Assembly (NCBI RefSeq): GCF_001194135.2
Contig: NC_069003.1
Location: 27,391,792 to 27,428,418 of the forward strand
DNA length: 36,627 bases
Source: Octopus bimaculoides
Lineage: Eukaryota
Direction of reading: 5' to 3'
Under the pieces are notes generated by a model. It did not search any database, was not told the origin of the DNA, and worked only from the letters and a program-made list of their open reading frames with translations. Shown one piece after another: positions 10,401 through 24,400 of this stretch. The first letter of the stretch is position 1, and every line of letters begins with the position of its first letter. A program made the translations under genes and the position numbers.

Positions 10401-13400
10401 TTGGCTATGCATAGATTTCTATTTTTATCTGTAGCCAATTCTAGGTAAACTAGTTTAGCATCAGAGACGAGACTTTGCTTTATTTAGAGAATTGGGATTT
10501 GGAAAGAATTTCTTGTCGAATGCATTCTTTGATTCCCAAATTCTTTATTTTATTTATTCATTTATTCCATTTTTTTACATTTCTGTAGAATTTGTCTTTC
10601 TTTTGCTTTATTTGTTGTTTTTGGTTTCAATCACATTTCGGATTTAGATCTCTTTTTTCCATTTCCTTTCTCTCAATATCGGTTTAACCCTACAACTGCG
10701 AAATTAAATTTCTTAGTTATTCCAGTAATGATGTTATATATCTACCAAGAAATAGAAATGGTATTTTCTGCAAGTCCTGTTGCCACCATAAACTTAAAAT
10801 ATCTTTTATCTTTTACTTGTTCCTGTCACTAGACCATGGCTATACTGAGGCACCACCTTGAAGAATTCTTAGTTGAATGAAGTGGCCCCAGTCACTAGCG
10901 TAGCTAGTAGGGTGCAGTAAGGTCGGTCCGCCCCAGGCAGCACTTTTAAAGGGGCACCACTTTTGAGTCTGCTGTAGGTAATATGTGTCTTTTGTGGGGT
11001 CTGGGGATGGCAAACATAAAGGCCATCCCGGGTGGCACACATTCTAACTATGCTAGTGGCACCAATACTTATTTTTTTCTTTTTAAGCCTTGTACTTATT
11101 TTATCAGCCTCTTTACTGAGCCACTAAGTTACAAGGATACAAACAAACCAACACACACTCACACACACATTAATAGAAGACGGGTTACTTTCATTTTCTA
11201 TCTGCCAAATCCACTCACAAGAATTTGGTTGGCCCCTGGCTATAGTAGAAGACACTTGCCCAAGGTGCCATGCTGTGGGTCTGAACCAGGAACCATGTGA
11301 TTAGGAAGCAAGGAAGCAAGCTACTTACCACACACCCATGCCTGTGCCTACATCTTAACAAAAATTAATGTCAAACATGACATTACTCAACAAGAGATAA
11401 TATATCTTTTCCAGCATCAATATCCATTTCTGCGAAAGATACCAAAATAGGAAGTCAAATATATTTTGTGAATGCAACTGACGAGGAGGGAGATTCTTTA
11501 ATAATTTCAATGTCCTGTCCAAAGAAACACTGCCCTTTCCAGATGTCAACATGTAAGTAAAATATTTGGGTAACTCATAATTTCTAAAAGAATGCAACTG
11601 GAATTAACCCTTTAGCATTTAAGCTAGCCCAAATATTCTATCTGTTTATGTTTAAAACTGGCCAGATCTGGCCTCTCACACCTACCCTATAATATCATTC
11701 TAAAAGTAAATTATCACATCATCAAAATCTTGGAGATATGAGATAGTGCATGATTAATTCAAAGCCTTTAACAGGATAATCTTAATGCTAAAGGGTTAAA
11801 CTGGCCAAATATCTGGCCCAAATAACATTCTACCTGTTTTATGCTTAAACTGACCAGATCTGGCCACTCACACTTATGCTATACTATTATTCTAAAAATA
11901 AACATTCACATAATTTAAATCTCAAAGTTGAGAGGTAATACATAATGAATTCAAAACAATGCAAATAAGTAAGCAATACATTTGACAGAATAATATGTAC
12001 GCTACAAGGTTAACGTGTCATTCATTACAGGCTGAAGTCTGATTTCTGGAATTGAATAAATGTGGGTTTTTTTTGCATTTTGTGAGTTTTGTCTGTCATA
12101 TTAAGAAGAGGGATTTGGTATTTGGAGGCAATTTCAAGAGCGTAGGGAATCATATATGTATCTGTGTGTGTGTGTGTGTGTATTTATATATATATATATA
12201 TATATACAATTATGTGTATTTCTTCTATCTTAATGAATAAAAATTCTTCGGATAGAATAAATGGGTTAATAGAAACCAATGTAGCAAAGAACACAAAATA
12301 ACTGTGGTTTAGTTCCTGTTTTTAAGGCAGGAACTCCTTGAAATTTTGGGTATTTGAGTATATTTAAAAAATTAAGGAATGGAGAAAACGCATGTTATNN
12401 NNNNNNNNNNNNNNNNNNNNNNNNNNNNNNNNNNNNNNNNNNNNNNNNNNNNNNNNNNNNNNNNNNNNNNNNNNNNNNNNNNNNNNNNNNNNNNNNNNNN
12501 NNNNNNNNNNNNNNNNNNNNNNNNNNNNNNNNNNNNNNNNNNNNNNNNNNNNNNNNNNNNNNNNNNNNNNNNNNNNNNNNNNNNNNNNNNNNNNNNNNNN
12601 NNNNNNNNNNNNNNNNNNNNNNNNNNNNNNNNNNNNNNNNNNNNNNNNNNNNNNNNNNNNNNNNNNNNNNNNNNNNNNNNNNNNNNNNNNNNNNNNNNNN
12701 NNNNNNNNNNNNNNNNNNNNNNNNNNNNNNNNNNNNNNNNNNNNNNNNNNNNNNNNNNNNNNNNNNNNNNNNNNNNNNNNNNNNNNNNNNNNNNNNNNNN
12801 NNNNNNNNNNNNNNNNNNNNNNNNNNNATACATTTTTTTTCACAAAAATAAAAATAAACTTTAGGGGTGCATAAATTACATGAGTAGATCATTTGCAGAA
12901 TTTTTTTGAAATTTTTTTTGCTGAAAAAAGAGGTACAAAACATAAACATTTGTACCAGAAGCTGACTCATTTAATGTCAGAATAGGTTTTTACAGAAAAA
13001 ATAAGGGCTTAAATATAATGAAGTTGACTTTTATTTATGCTGGATGGTATAATGCTAATATTTTCTGTAAAAATTTACTAAAACCATTAAACGGTCAACT
13101 ACTTTCTGAAGTCTGGTGGTCATGCTTCTCATCACGGTCCAGGCCATATTTTACGTATTTTACTCGATTGAATAAAGTGTCATCCAAGCTGATGTTTATT
13201 GGTAATTAAACTTAATTTGTAACACCTGCACATATTTATCAGCCTTATGAATATATATATGATTCTTTACACTTATGAATAACTTTATAGCTGGGACAAT
13301 GTCATCAGTTCGTGCCCTACTAGCAGAAACTTCACCAATATTTGATCTTAAGATGTTCATATCAGATCATTATAACCAAGAAGGACCATTCATTTTAACC

Positions 13401-13992
13401 GTACTTCTTACAGGTAAGAATACATTCCATTACACCTTATTATGAACCTATATAACCCTTTAGTATTTAGACTTGCCATATTCAGCCCTAAATCTTATAT
13501 CTGCTTTATTTTCAAACTGGCTACAACTGGCCTCTCACTCCTACCCTACAGTGTCATTTCAAAAATACATTCTCACATTATTGAAACCTTGAAGCTACAA
13601 GATAATGCAGGATTAATTGAAAATGATGTAAATAAATGAATATTACATTTGAAAAAATAATCTGAATGCTAAAGGGTTAAACTTATTTTGTTGTGTATCA
13701 TTCATAAAAATAATTGATAAAGCAGCATGGCAAATGATTTTATTTTGCTCCAGGACTCAGTCATTGGATTGTGGCCATGCTGGTGCACCCATCATCAGGT
13801 TTTTAAATTGGATTATATTGTAATGTAATCTATGGAAAACGTTTCCAAACATAATATCTCTGGATCTATATCATCCAGCATACCATTTCTTCTTAAGACT
13901 GGTCCTCAACTATCTTTTACTTATGGACCTCTTTGACTCCTATTTTATCCAAGTGGACCCTCATAGCCATTCAATGCTTAAAAAATCCTTTT

Positions 13993-14039
<47 letters not shown>

Positions 14040-14688
14040 TTAACGTCCGCTTTCCATGCTAGCATGGGTTGGACGATTTAACTGAGGACTGGCGAACCAG
14101 ATGGCTGCACCAGGCTCCAATCTGATTTGGCAGAGTTTCTACAGCTGGATGCTCTTCCTAATGCCAACCACTCTGAGAGTGTAGAGGGTGCTTTTACATG
14201 CCACCGGCACAAGGGCCAGTCAGGTGGTACTGGCAACGGCCACGCTCAAGTGATGTTTTTTACATGCCACCTGCACAGGAGCCAGTCCAGTGACATTGGC
14301 AACGACCTCGCTCAAATGTTTTTTCACGTGCCACCGGTTGAGAACCACTGCTATAGAGTTTTCACCATGAACCCTGTTTTATATTTACCATTTATCATTA
14401 TGACTTTTCTTGTGTCCTTAGACCTGAACAATCCACCAACAATATCACCAAATGAAGCTAATCTATATGTGAAAGAGAACACAGCTAATACGGAAATGAT
14501 CTTCCAACTCCAAGGTTCAGATTTTGATGATGACCAGTTAACCTATCACTGGAGATTTCAGTCTGAGTCAGGATCCATGTATTTTAGCTTAAGTAAATGT
14601 AAGTAGAAACCAATGAATAATGCAGCGGAGATAGTTTTCATTCAAGCTTCTGCTGCAAACTCTGCTTAAGTGTAAAATTATTATTATG

Positions 14689-14739
<51 letters not shown>

Positions 14740-15097
14740 TTCAGTTGGCAGAATCGTTAGCATGCTGGACAAAATGCGGTTAAGCATTTTGTCCACCTTC
14801 ACATTCTGAGTTCAAATTCAGCTGAGGTCACCTTTGTCATTCATCCTTTTGAGGTCAATCAATAAAATAAGTAGCAGTTAAACTCTAGGGTCAATTTAAT
14901 CGACTTGTCCTCTCCCACAAAATTATTGATCTTGCATCAAAATTCTAGAAGCACTGTGTGTCCCACCCATACTTAACAAGAAAATATCTCACACATTCTA
15001 CCACAAACCAAAATACATCTTTTCTCTTCCTCACATTTCCACTTTATGCACTTTGCTTACCTTCCACTCTCCAATTCTGTCCTCTTCTTCCTGTGTC

Positions 15098-15134
<37 letters not shown>

Positions 15135-16550
15135 NNNNNNNNNNNNNNNNNNNNNNNNNNNNNNNNNNNNNNNNNNNNNNNNNNNNTAGAAAACCTTCAT
15201 TAATTGCATGGCCATATTTATCTTAAATTTCTGAAATAAAAAAGGAAAATACAAAACTCAAATACAAAAGGGCGTTACTTCTGCCACACCCTACACACAC
15301 ACAATTCTATCTGAATAATGCTAAATCGCTGAGTGATAGATTTACTTTAATTTATAAGAGAACATTAAACACAACTCCAAAGTGTGTTGCATCGTGTGTG
15401 TGTGTGTGTGTGTGTGTGTGTATTTATTTTTGTATTAAAATTATAAATATATTTCCTTTCCCTCTTTTATTTGTAGCTGGAGAAATAACAGTGATTTCTA
15501 AGCTGGATTTCGAGAGTATGTCATCTCGTAATTTCAATGCTACAGCTTGGGCCAATGATGGTATATCAGAATCGAACCCAGTAAAGCTTTGTATCAAAGT
15601 GGTCGACATTAACGAACCACCCCAGTTCTCCTCAGCTAACTATTCACTTTCTGTATATGAGAATTCGGTAAGATTATTTTGGCTGGTCCTTCTTCTAAAG
15701 TTTTTGTTTTTAAATTAGGTCCAAATTGTTGAGATTGAAAAATAAAAGTGGACATCATTTGATAGGGTGTTCATGTCCTGACGTATCACAAGTTTATGTC
15801 TTATAACAAGAATACTGCATTAGTATTTTGGGTTTTAATATAATATCCACATTAAGGTGGCAAACTGGCAGAATCATTTGCATGCCGTGTGAAATGCTTA
15901 ACGGAATTTCATCTGCCGTTACATTCTGAGTTCAAATTCCACCAAGGTTGACTTTGCCTTTCATCCTTTCTGGGTCGATTAAATAAGTACCAGTTACGCA
16001 CTGGGGGTCGATGTAAGCAACTTAATCCCTTTGTCTGTCCTTGTTTGTCCCCTCTGTCTATAAGAAATGTATAATAGTATAAATAACTGTGGGGTCACTC
16101 ACCAAGCAGATAGTGTAGATGTGGGGGGTCAAGTCGTTTGACCTTTGACAGACACAAGAAGAAAGTCTAAAGGACATACAGATTTTGCATCTAGGCAGGA
16201 AGGCAGAAAGGGCATTGTGAGAGGGGTTATAAATCACTACAGTGCAAAGGGTTTGCATTCACATATACATCCGTGTATACATACATATTTACACAGACAC
16301 AATGATGGAGTTGGTGGAAGTGATGGGGTTGCTATTCATTTTTATGAATTAACGTTCCTACATATTTCACTTTGTGGATGTGCATGGCTTAGTGGTTAGA
16401 GTTCTGGGCTCATGGTTGTAATATAGTTTCGATCCCTGGACTGGGCGATGCATTGTGTTCTTGAGCAAAACACTTCATTTCACATTGCTCCAGTTTACTC
16501 AGATGGTAAAAATGAGTAATCCTGTGATGAACTGGCATGCCATCCAGGAG

Positions 16551-16591
<41 letters not shown>

Positions 16592-17853
16592 AAACTGGGA
16601 AATTGGCCCTGTGCATCTTATGGAATAATGTGAACTAACCATTTTTCTCTTTACTTCTCTATTTCAGGCTGGAGTTGTTGTAATCCCAAATACAATGTTT
16701 CAAGTCTATGATCCAGATCAGTTAGACAAAATAACTTTCAAAATTTCGGGAGGACAACATGCTTTAAACTTCAAAATTGACCCTGATTCTGGAGAGGTCA
16801 GATTCGCTGTGAACTATGATGTCCGAATCATGCCATCACATGTCTTATTGAACATCACTGCTATAGACAAGTCTGGTTTAAACTGCACTGCTCAAGTGGA
16901 CCTAAACATCAAACCTTTGAACTGGAAACCTTATCTTAACAATTTACCATGGAAACAGACAGTTCCTGAGAACAGTAACTTCAGTGGACGTCCACTCTAT
17001 ATTGTCACTTCTTTCGATGCTGACAAAATGGACCCGGTTTATTTCCGGGCATCGTTTTACCCTTTGACTGGTGCAAGTAAATTCTATCTGAATTATTCCA
17101 GTAAGAGTTATTCTTAATATTATCATAAAACTTTTCATTTGTGGTTGTTGTTGCTGTTGTTGTTTGGCCTTGTAGGGGTATCCTGATCGAGCAGGCCTAT
17201 GATCTTAAAGCATTCTAGAAATGATCATTCTGTTATATTTTCATACTATATCCACTGTGCCCTCCATACACATACACACCGTTAATTAAGACAAGAGTAT
17301 GACCTGTGTGAGATTTGGCTGGAGATCGAGTGACCCTGAGGCCTTCATTCATTTAACAGGCTTCATTGTATGCATAACATTATATATTCCACTTCCAGTT
17401 AGTTTTTCTTGTCTATCTCAGTTTTACTTCAAATATGACACAAATACTAGTTGAACACTAAGAGTCAATGTAATTCACTTAACTACTCTTGGCTATGAGT
17501 ATAAAATCTGCATTTCTCTCCTAAGCCATGTCATGCCAGTGTGGTGTAGGTTCATCAAACCAATATGATCTCAAGTTCAAATTCATGGCTTTCACATCAG
17601 ACCATGGTTGGTGGAGAGGACATGCTGAGGCCTTTATCTTGTAGCGGACTGAACATTGACAATCCAATTCAAAATTGAAATTCTAATAGATGCTTTTCTC
17701 TATCAACAGCTACTGACTGATGTGGGTGGTTTATTCCATGTTTCAACATGTTACCAAAAGTCATGGGTGCTGTTTTGATTTTTGATTTAGTAAGCATGTC
17801 CGTGAGTGCTTGACACATGGAATTCAAGGAAAGATGTCCAAGGTGATGGTGAC

Positions 17854-17885
<32 letters not shown>

Positions 17886-17909
17886 CACCGACAATGCTGA
17901 TGACAATGA

Positions 17910-17940
<31 letters not shown>

Positions 17941-18623
17941 AGTGATGATTAACGATAAACAATATCAATAAAACTGTAATGAAACAATAAATTATGGAGA
18001 TGTACTTGCATAGCAAGTGATCTGATCTGAGATCGTGTGCTGGAACGAAAACAATTGTAGCGTGGAAGGTGTTTATAAGCCATTTAAAATAACACACAAA
18101 AGCCGTCAGATTCACTTCAACATTTAAATTTAATTTGTCAAAATATTTTCGTCGCTTTGAGACCGTGACAATTTTGTCAGTGAACAGGTCGTGGTCTCAA
18201 AGCGACGAAAATATTTTGACAAATTAAATTTAAATGTTGAAGTGAATCTGACGGCTTGTGTGTGTTATTTTAAATGGCTTATAAACACCTTCCATGCTGA
18301 AACAATAAATGCTAATGATAAACAATAATAATGTTCAATAAGTTTATAAAAATCCATATTTACATTATTTTTCTTCTTATTTTCTCTTATTATCGTATTT
18401 ATTGTTGCTACAGCTGGGGCTGTATCACTTATAACAGGAGAAAAATTGGATTTTGAAACCGAGCCTCGAGAATACATGTTGGAAGTTATTGTGAACGATG
18501 GTTCTGTTGACTCAAGAGCAGCTAATCTATCAATTACTGTAATCGATGTCAACGAAGCTCCTGTATTTAAACATGATGTTTACTATGCAGAAACAACTGA
18601 ACCAAAGGTATGTAGACATCGTT

Positions 18624-18675
<52 letters not shown>

Positions 18676-20461
18676 CCACCACCACCACCACCATGCTGCA
18701 TCTGGGAATTTTGTCAGCGAACAGGTCATGTTCTCAAAGTGACGAAAATATTTTGACAAATTAAATTTAAATGTTGAAGTGAATCTAACGGTTTTTGTGT
18801 GTTTTTAAATGGCTTATAAACACTTTCCACGCTGCAATTGTATATACATATGTATATATATATATATCTTCTATAATTTTTTTGTCTTCTACTTGTGTCA
18901 GTCATTAGACTGTGACCATTTTTAAAAACATATCCATTAGATTTTTATTCTTATTTTTATGCTATAGTTTACTGCACATATAAACGTGCACACACATTGA
19001 TATGTCTGTCTTTTTTCCTCTTTCGACTCTCTTACTAAAATTACTACTGTTATTTTCTCCCTTTTACAACTTGTTTGTAAATATCCTATTTTTTCCCTAT
19101 TACTCCATTTGTATTCTCCCTTATTGTCTCTTATTTTACTTTACTTTATTTTATTAAACCTTTTTCGATGTCCTTACAAAAATTCCTCACACTGATGAAA
19201 ATGTCAATGCGTAAATTTAATTATAATTACTATGACTATAATTTTTTTCTTACATATTTGTATTGTCCTTTGAAACGTGCATATGTATTGAATCCTATTT
19301 TGTATTAAATCTAATTTTTGATTCAACATCTTTTTCTCCTCCATTTTTTCTATAATTGTTTATGGTATATTTATACCTATAACGATATTNNNNNNNNNNN
19401 NNNNNNNNNNNNNNNNNNNNNNNNNNNNNNNNNNNNNNNNNNNNNNNNNNNNNNNNNNNNNNNNNNNNNNNNNNNNNNNNNNNNNNNNNNNNNNNNNNNN
19501 NNNNNNNNNNNNNNNNNNNNNNNNNNNNNNNNNNNNNNNNNNNNNNNNNNNNNNNNNNNNNNNNNNNNNNNNNNNNNNNNNNNNNNNNNNNNNNNNNNNN
19601 NNNNNNNNNNNNNNNNNNNNNNNNNNNNNNNNNNNNNNNNNNNNNNNNNNNNNNNNNNNNNNNNNNNNNNNNNNNNNNNNNNNNNNNNNNNNNNNNNNNN
19701 NNNNNNNNNNNNNNNNNNNNNNNNNNNNNNNNNNNNNNNNNNNNNNNNNNNNNNNNNNNNNNNNNNNNNNNNNNNNNNNNNNNNNNNNNNNNNNNNNNNN
19801 NNNNNNNNNNNATATATATGTATATATAAATCTGACTTCCACAGTAAAAGGGTTAAAATAAGTCTTATATTTTTTCTTTCTTTTACTTTTTCCTCAGAAA
19901 GGTTTGGTATTAATGAAATCAGCTGCATTTGAAGTGAGCGATCCAGATTTGAATGACGAGTACAACTTTACGGTGGAGCCAGGAAATTACAGCAGTTTCT
20001 TCAAATTCGATCCTCTCACCAATAATCTCATCACAACTCTCGACTACAATTCCCATATAGTACCACATCACGTGATGCTTATCATCTCAGTCAGTGACCG
20101 TGGTGGTTTGTCGGACAGTGCAAGGGTTGACGTATCAATCAGATCATTGAATAAAGCTCCAGTGATTACAGGACTTCCCTTGTCATTGATGGTATCAGAG
20201 AGCACACCTAACAATACTGAGATATATAGAATCAATGCTGTGGATCCAGACTCCGAAGATACAGTGTTTTACCAAATTGATTATTTGACTGTTGGGGCTT
20301 CGTCCAAGTTCTTCTTTAATCAGTCGAGTAAGTAATTCTTTGACTCAGTCTTATCTCACTACTTCTTTCTTATCTTTGGCATTTTCGTTGTCTTGTCCCT
20401 TCTTTCATGCTTTGTGAATGGATTTGGTAAACAGAAACTGAAAGAAGCCCTTCATATACAT

Positions 20462-20505
<44 letters not shown>

Positions 20506-21364
20506 GTATGTATATATATGTATGTATGTATATATGTATGTATGTATTTCTATGTGTGTGTCCCCTTCTGTCTGTGTTTGTCCCTCCACCACTGCTTGGC
20601 AACCAGTGTTAGTGTGTTTGTGTTCCTGTAACTTAGTGGTTCAGCAAAAGAGCTTAGAAAAATATGTACAGGAGTCGATCCATTCAGCTAAAACTTCTAG
20701 GCGGTGCCCCAGCATGGCCATAGTCTAATGACTGAAACAAGTAAAAGATAAAAGATAAATAAAATAAAATGACCCTATTTGTTTATTTTGTGTTTTTTTT
20801 TTTTCCTTTTCTTTTTGTTAAGCTGGAGCAGTCCATGTGTCTGGAAATCTAGATTATGAAATGATGACAACAAAGGAGTTTACAGTTAGCGCGACAGCAA
20901 GTGATGGCCATTTAAATTCTCCGTCATATAACCTCACCATTGTCATCACAGACTCCAATGAACCACCATATTTTACATCACAGATTTTCTACGTAAAAAC
21001 TTTCGAAGCAAAGGTATTTATCTCTTCTCATTTGTCTTTGATGCTCCTGCTGTAGGTCCACCCAGTTGGCATCTCATATATGAGAATTCTCTTTAGTATT
21101 CCAGTAGATTAGGTATGCATGTGTGTGTGTGTGAGTGTGTATGTGTGTGTGCATGAGTGTATGTGTGTGTGAGTGTGTGTGTGTGTGAATGTGTATGAGT
21201 GTGTGTGTGTGTGACATATTTTCAATTTCTATTAGCAAGTCTTTATATTTACTGATCTTGTCAAATTCTTTCGCCGTTATATTGTCATCCCAAGGAATAC
21301 TCATGCCAATTAATAAACACATCTTTTTTGTCTGGTCTTTTATGATAATATCCAGTTTATTAGC

Positions 21365-21426
<62 letters not shown>

Positions 21427-24400
21427 AAGGTGGTGAGATGGTTGAATCATTAGTGCATCAGACAAAATACTAAATGGCATTTCTTCTGGTTTTACATTCT
21501 GAGTTCAAATCCTGCACGGGTTGGCTTTGAATTTCATCTCTTTTGGGGGTGGGATAGGTGGGGGGTGTCAATGCAATAAATACAATATGAGCCCCGGGGT
21601 TAATATAATTGTCTAGATACCCCTCACCCAAAACTTCAGGTGTTGTGCTTATAGTAGAAAAAAATTATTGTTGTTGTAACTGTTTTTTTGCCCCAGGTCA
21701 CGTTCTATTTCTGTCTTTTAGGAAAGAACAGTGTTTACAAACATCATTCCTCTGAATACAATAGAACCTGATCAAGGAGATGTCACTCAGTACAAAATTA
21801 GCAAAGGTTCAAATCACAGTCTGTTTGCAATTAATAGCACAACAGGTGAACTGTACTTTGCCGTCAACTACAGTACTACCACAATGCCAAAGTTTACCTC
21901 AATCAATGTCACAGCATACGATTCGTCAGGATTGAGCAGCACAGCCAGGCTCGATATTGACATCAAGGCTAAGAACCGGATTCCAAAGATAATCAACTTA
22001 CCACAGACTGTCTATGTTAAAGAAGAAGCAAAACCAGGCACAGAACTGTTTCAGGTAGATGTCTATGATGCCGACAAGGATTCTGTGTCATTCAACTTCA
22101 TCTATTTCCCACCTCAAGGAGCTGTGTGGTTTACATTCGATGATAAAAGTAAGTAGGTTCTTTTAATTGTGTTATAATTATTGGTGAAAGCACATGGCTC
22201 AGTGGTTAGAGCGTCAGGCTCACAATCATGAGGTAGTGAGTTCAATTCCTGGACTAGGCTGTGTTATGTTCTTGAGCAAGACACTTTATTTCACGTTGCT
22301 CCAGTTCACTTAGCTGTTGTGATGTCACTGATGCCAAGCTGTATTGGCCATTGCCTTTCCTGTCAAGCTAGCATGGAAAATGGACATTAAATGAAATGAT
22401 GATATACTTACATATAGGTATATAATGTATGTATAGAGTGTTTACTCTTCATATTACAGGTGGAAAACTATTTACAGCAGCTGACCAAATGCTTAACTAC
22501 GAAGCTATGTCTGATGTTAGCTTTATATTTTCTGTATCTGTGAGTGATGGCAAATCCCATTCAGATTTCTCCAACCTTACCTTGCAAATTGTTGATGTAA
22601 ACGAAGCTCCACACTTCTATTCTCGCCTTTATTTTGTTGATGTTGTTGAAAGCAAGGTGAGTAGAACATCTCCTTGCATGCCACCATCTCTTTTCAATGT
22701 AGTTAGGATGAGTTCAACAGTTGTGTTCGAAATTAAATAAAACTCAATGGATTAATATCTTTTATCTGTTATCTTCTGCTTGTTTCAATCATTTGACTGT
22801 GGCCACCGACCGAAAACCCCTCGAAATCACTGTTCCTTTACATTCCAAATTACAAACAGTCAAATCAATTCAAATCACATCAAATCAAACAATCAAAATA
22901 GCATAATTTAATAATCAATGAATAGGCACTTAAGCCTCTTATACTTCCTCCCCGAGCAACTCTTTTGCTGCCTGCAGGCAAGCCTGCTGCGACAAGCAAA
23001 CTTCTTACCACTCAGCCCTACCTGAAGTTACGTATGCTTGTTTAAGAACATTAAATGATTATTTTGTGTTTGAAATGTTGATGACAAGTGATTCTGATAA
23101 ATCAAGCCTGTGCATTTCATATTGTATATTTAACAGGGTGGAACTGTGTTGCCGATGTATGTCCAATTTAAAGTAATTGATCCTGATATCAATGACACTT
23201 ACCACTTCAGTATGATGAGTTCAGATAACAGCAGCTGGTTTTCCATAGATCCAATCACTGGAAATATTAGTTTTGCTATTGATTATAATGTCAGGTAATG
23301 CAATGTTCAATAACTATTATAGTGTTCTATATTTCTCTGCATGGACTAGAATTTGTGTGTGTGAGTATATACATATATATGTGTACATGTGCATGTATAT
23401 ATGTATGGTCATATGTATATATGTAGTGAAAATGTGTGGCTTAGTTGTTAGGGTGTTCAGCTCACAGTCGTATGGTCATAAGTTCAATTCCAAGTGATGT
23501 GGCGAGTCCTTGAGCAAGACACTTTATTTCATGTTGCTCCTGTCCAATCAGCTGGCAAAAATGACTTGCACTTGTATTTCACGAGGGCCAGTCTGGCAGT
23601 ACTGGCAATGGCCATGCTGAAATGGTGTTTTTTACGTACCACCTGCACAGGAGTCAGTCCAGTGGCACTGGCAACAACCTCGCTCGACTGTTTTGTTCAC
23701 ATGCCATTGGCACAAGTTCCAGTAAGGCGACGCTGGTAACGGTCATGCTTAAAAGGTACTTTTTATGTGCCACTGGCACGGAAACCAGACAGCTGCTCTG
23801 GCAGTGATCCCACTCAGATGGAGCTGTTAGCACTCCACTTGCATGAGTGCCAGTCATGGAATTTGGTTCAATTTCGATATATATATATTAAAGATTAATA
23901 GATAAGATGGAGTATAAAAAAATTATTTATTAGAAAAACAGTTGTTCCAGTTCATGTTGCAAAACTCCCTTTCGAGACAGTACTTCTTGATACACCAAAC
24001 ATTTCGGTTGTTTTCGTTATGTTAGCGCCTGCCATACGAGCACCAACAATTTGTCCTCTTTGAAAGTCAGACAGATCTGTCATTTTAATGAATTCTAATT
24101 ACCTTTTTCTCATTATGCCTGAAAAGAAACAGCAATTTTAGTAAAACATATTAAGCAACACTATCAATAAATCAAAAAACATAAAAATAAACAAGCTTTT
24201 GACGGTTTTATAGATATTTCAAAATTATGATGCTATGATGCTAAGTGTTTCCATTATTTTGTCCAACCCCTGCATATATACATGTGTGTGTATGATTTTT
24301 TTTAATTATAGACTCCACCCTTCAAATATATTTCTGGTTGTTGCTGTGAAAGACAGGCATAATCTGCAGGACACCACTTTGGTCAATGTTACAGTACATT

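Noticed and set aside
12828-13240. Possible Tc1-like MITE end (TAGGGGTGCATAAATTAC at about 12862)
   Set aside because: No partner TIR or transposase is visible, and the adjacent sequence is lost in an N gap.
14127-14421. N-terminal part of ORF 14127..14606 ([16 protein letters not shown]...) and its twin at 32035..32313
   Set aside because: It comes from the family E retroposon. The true exon starts at the AG at 14420-21.
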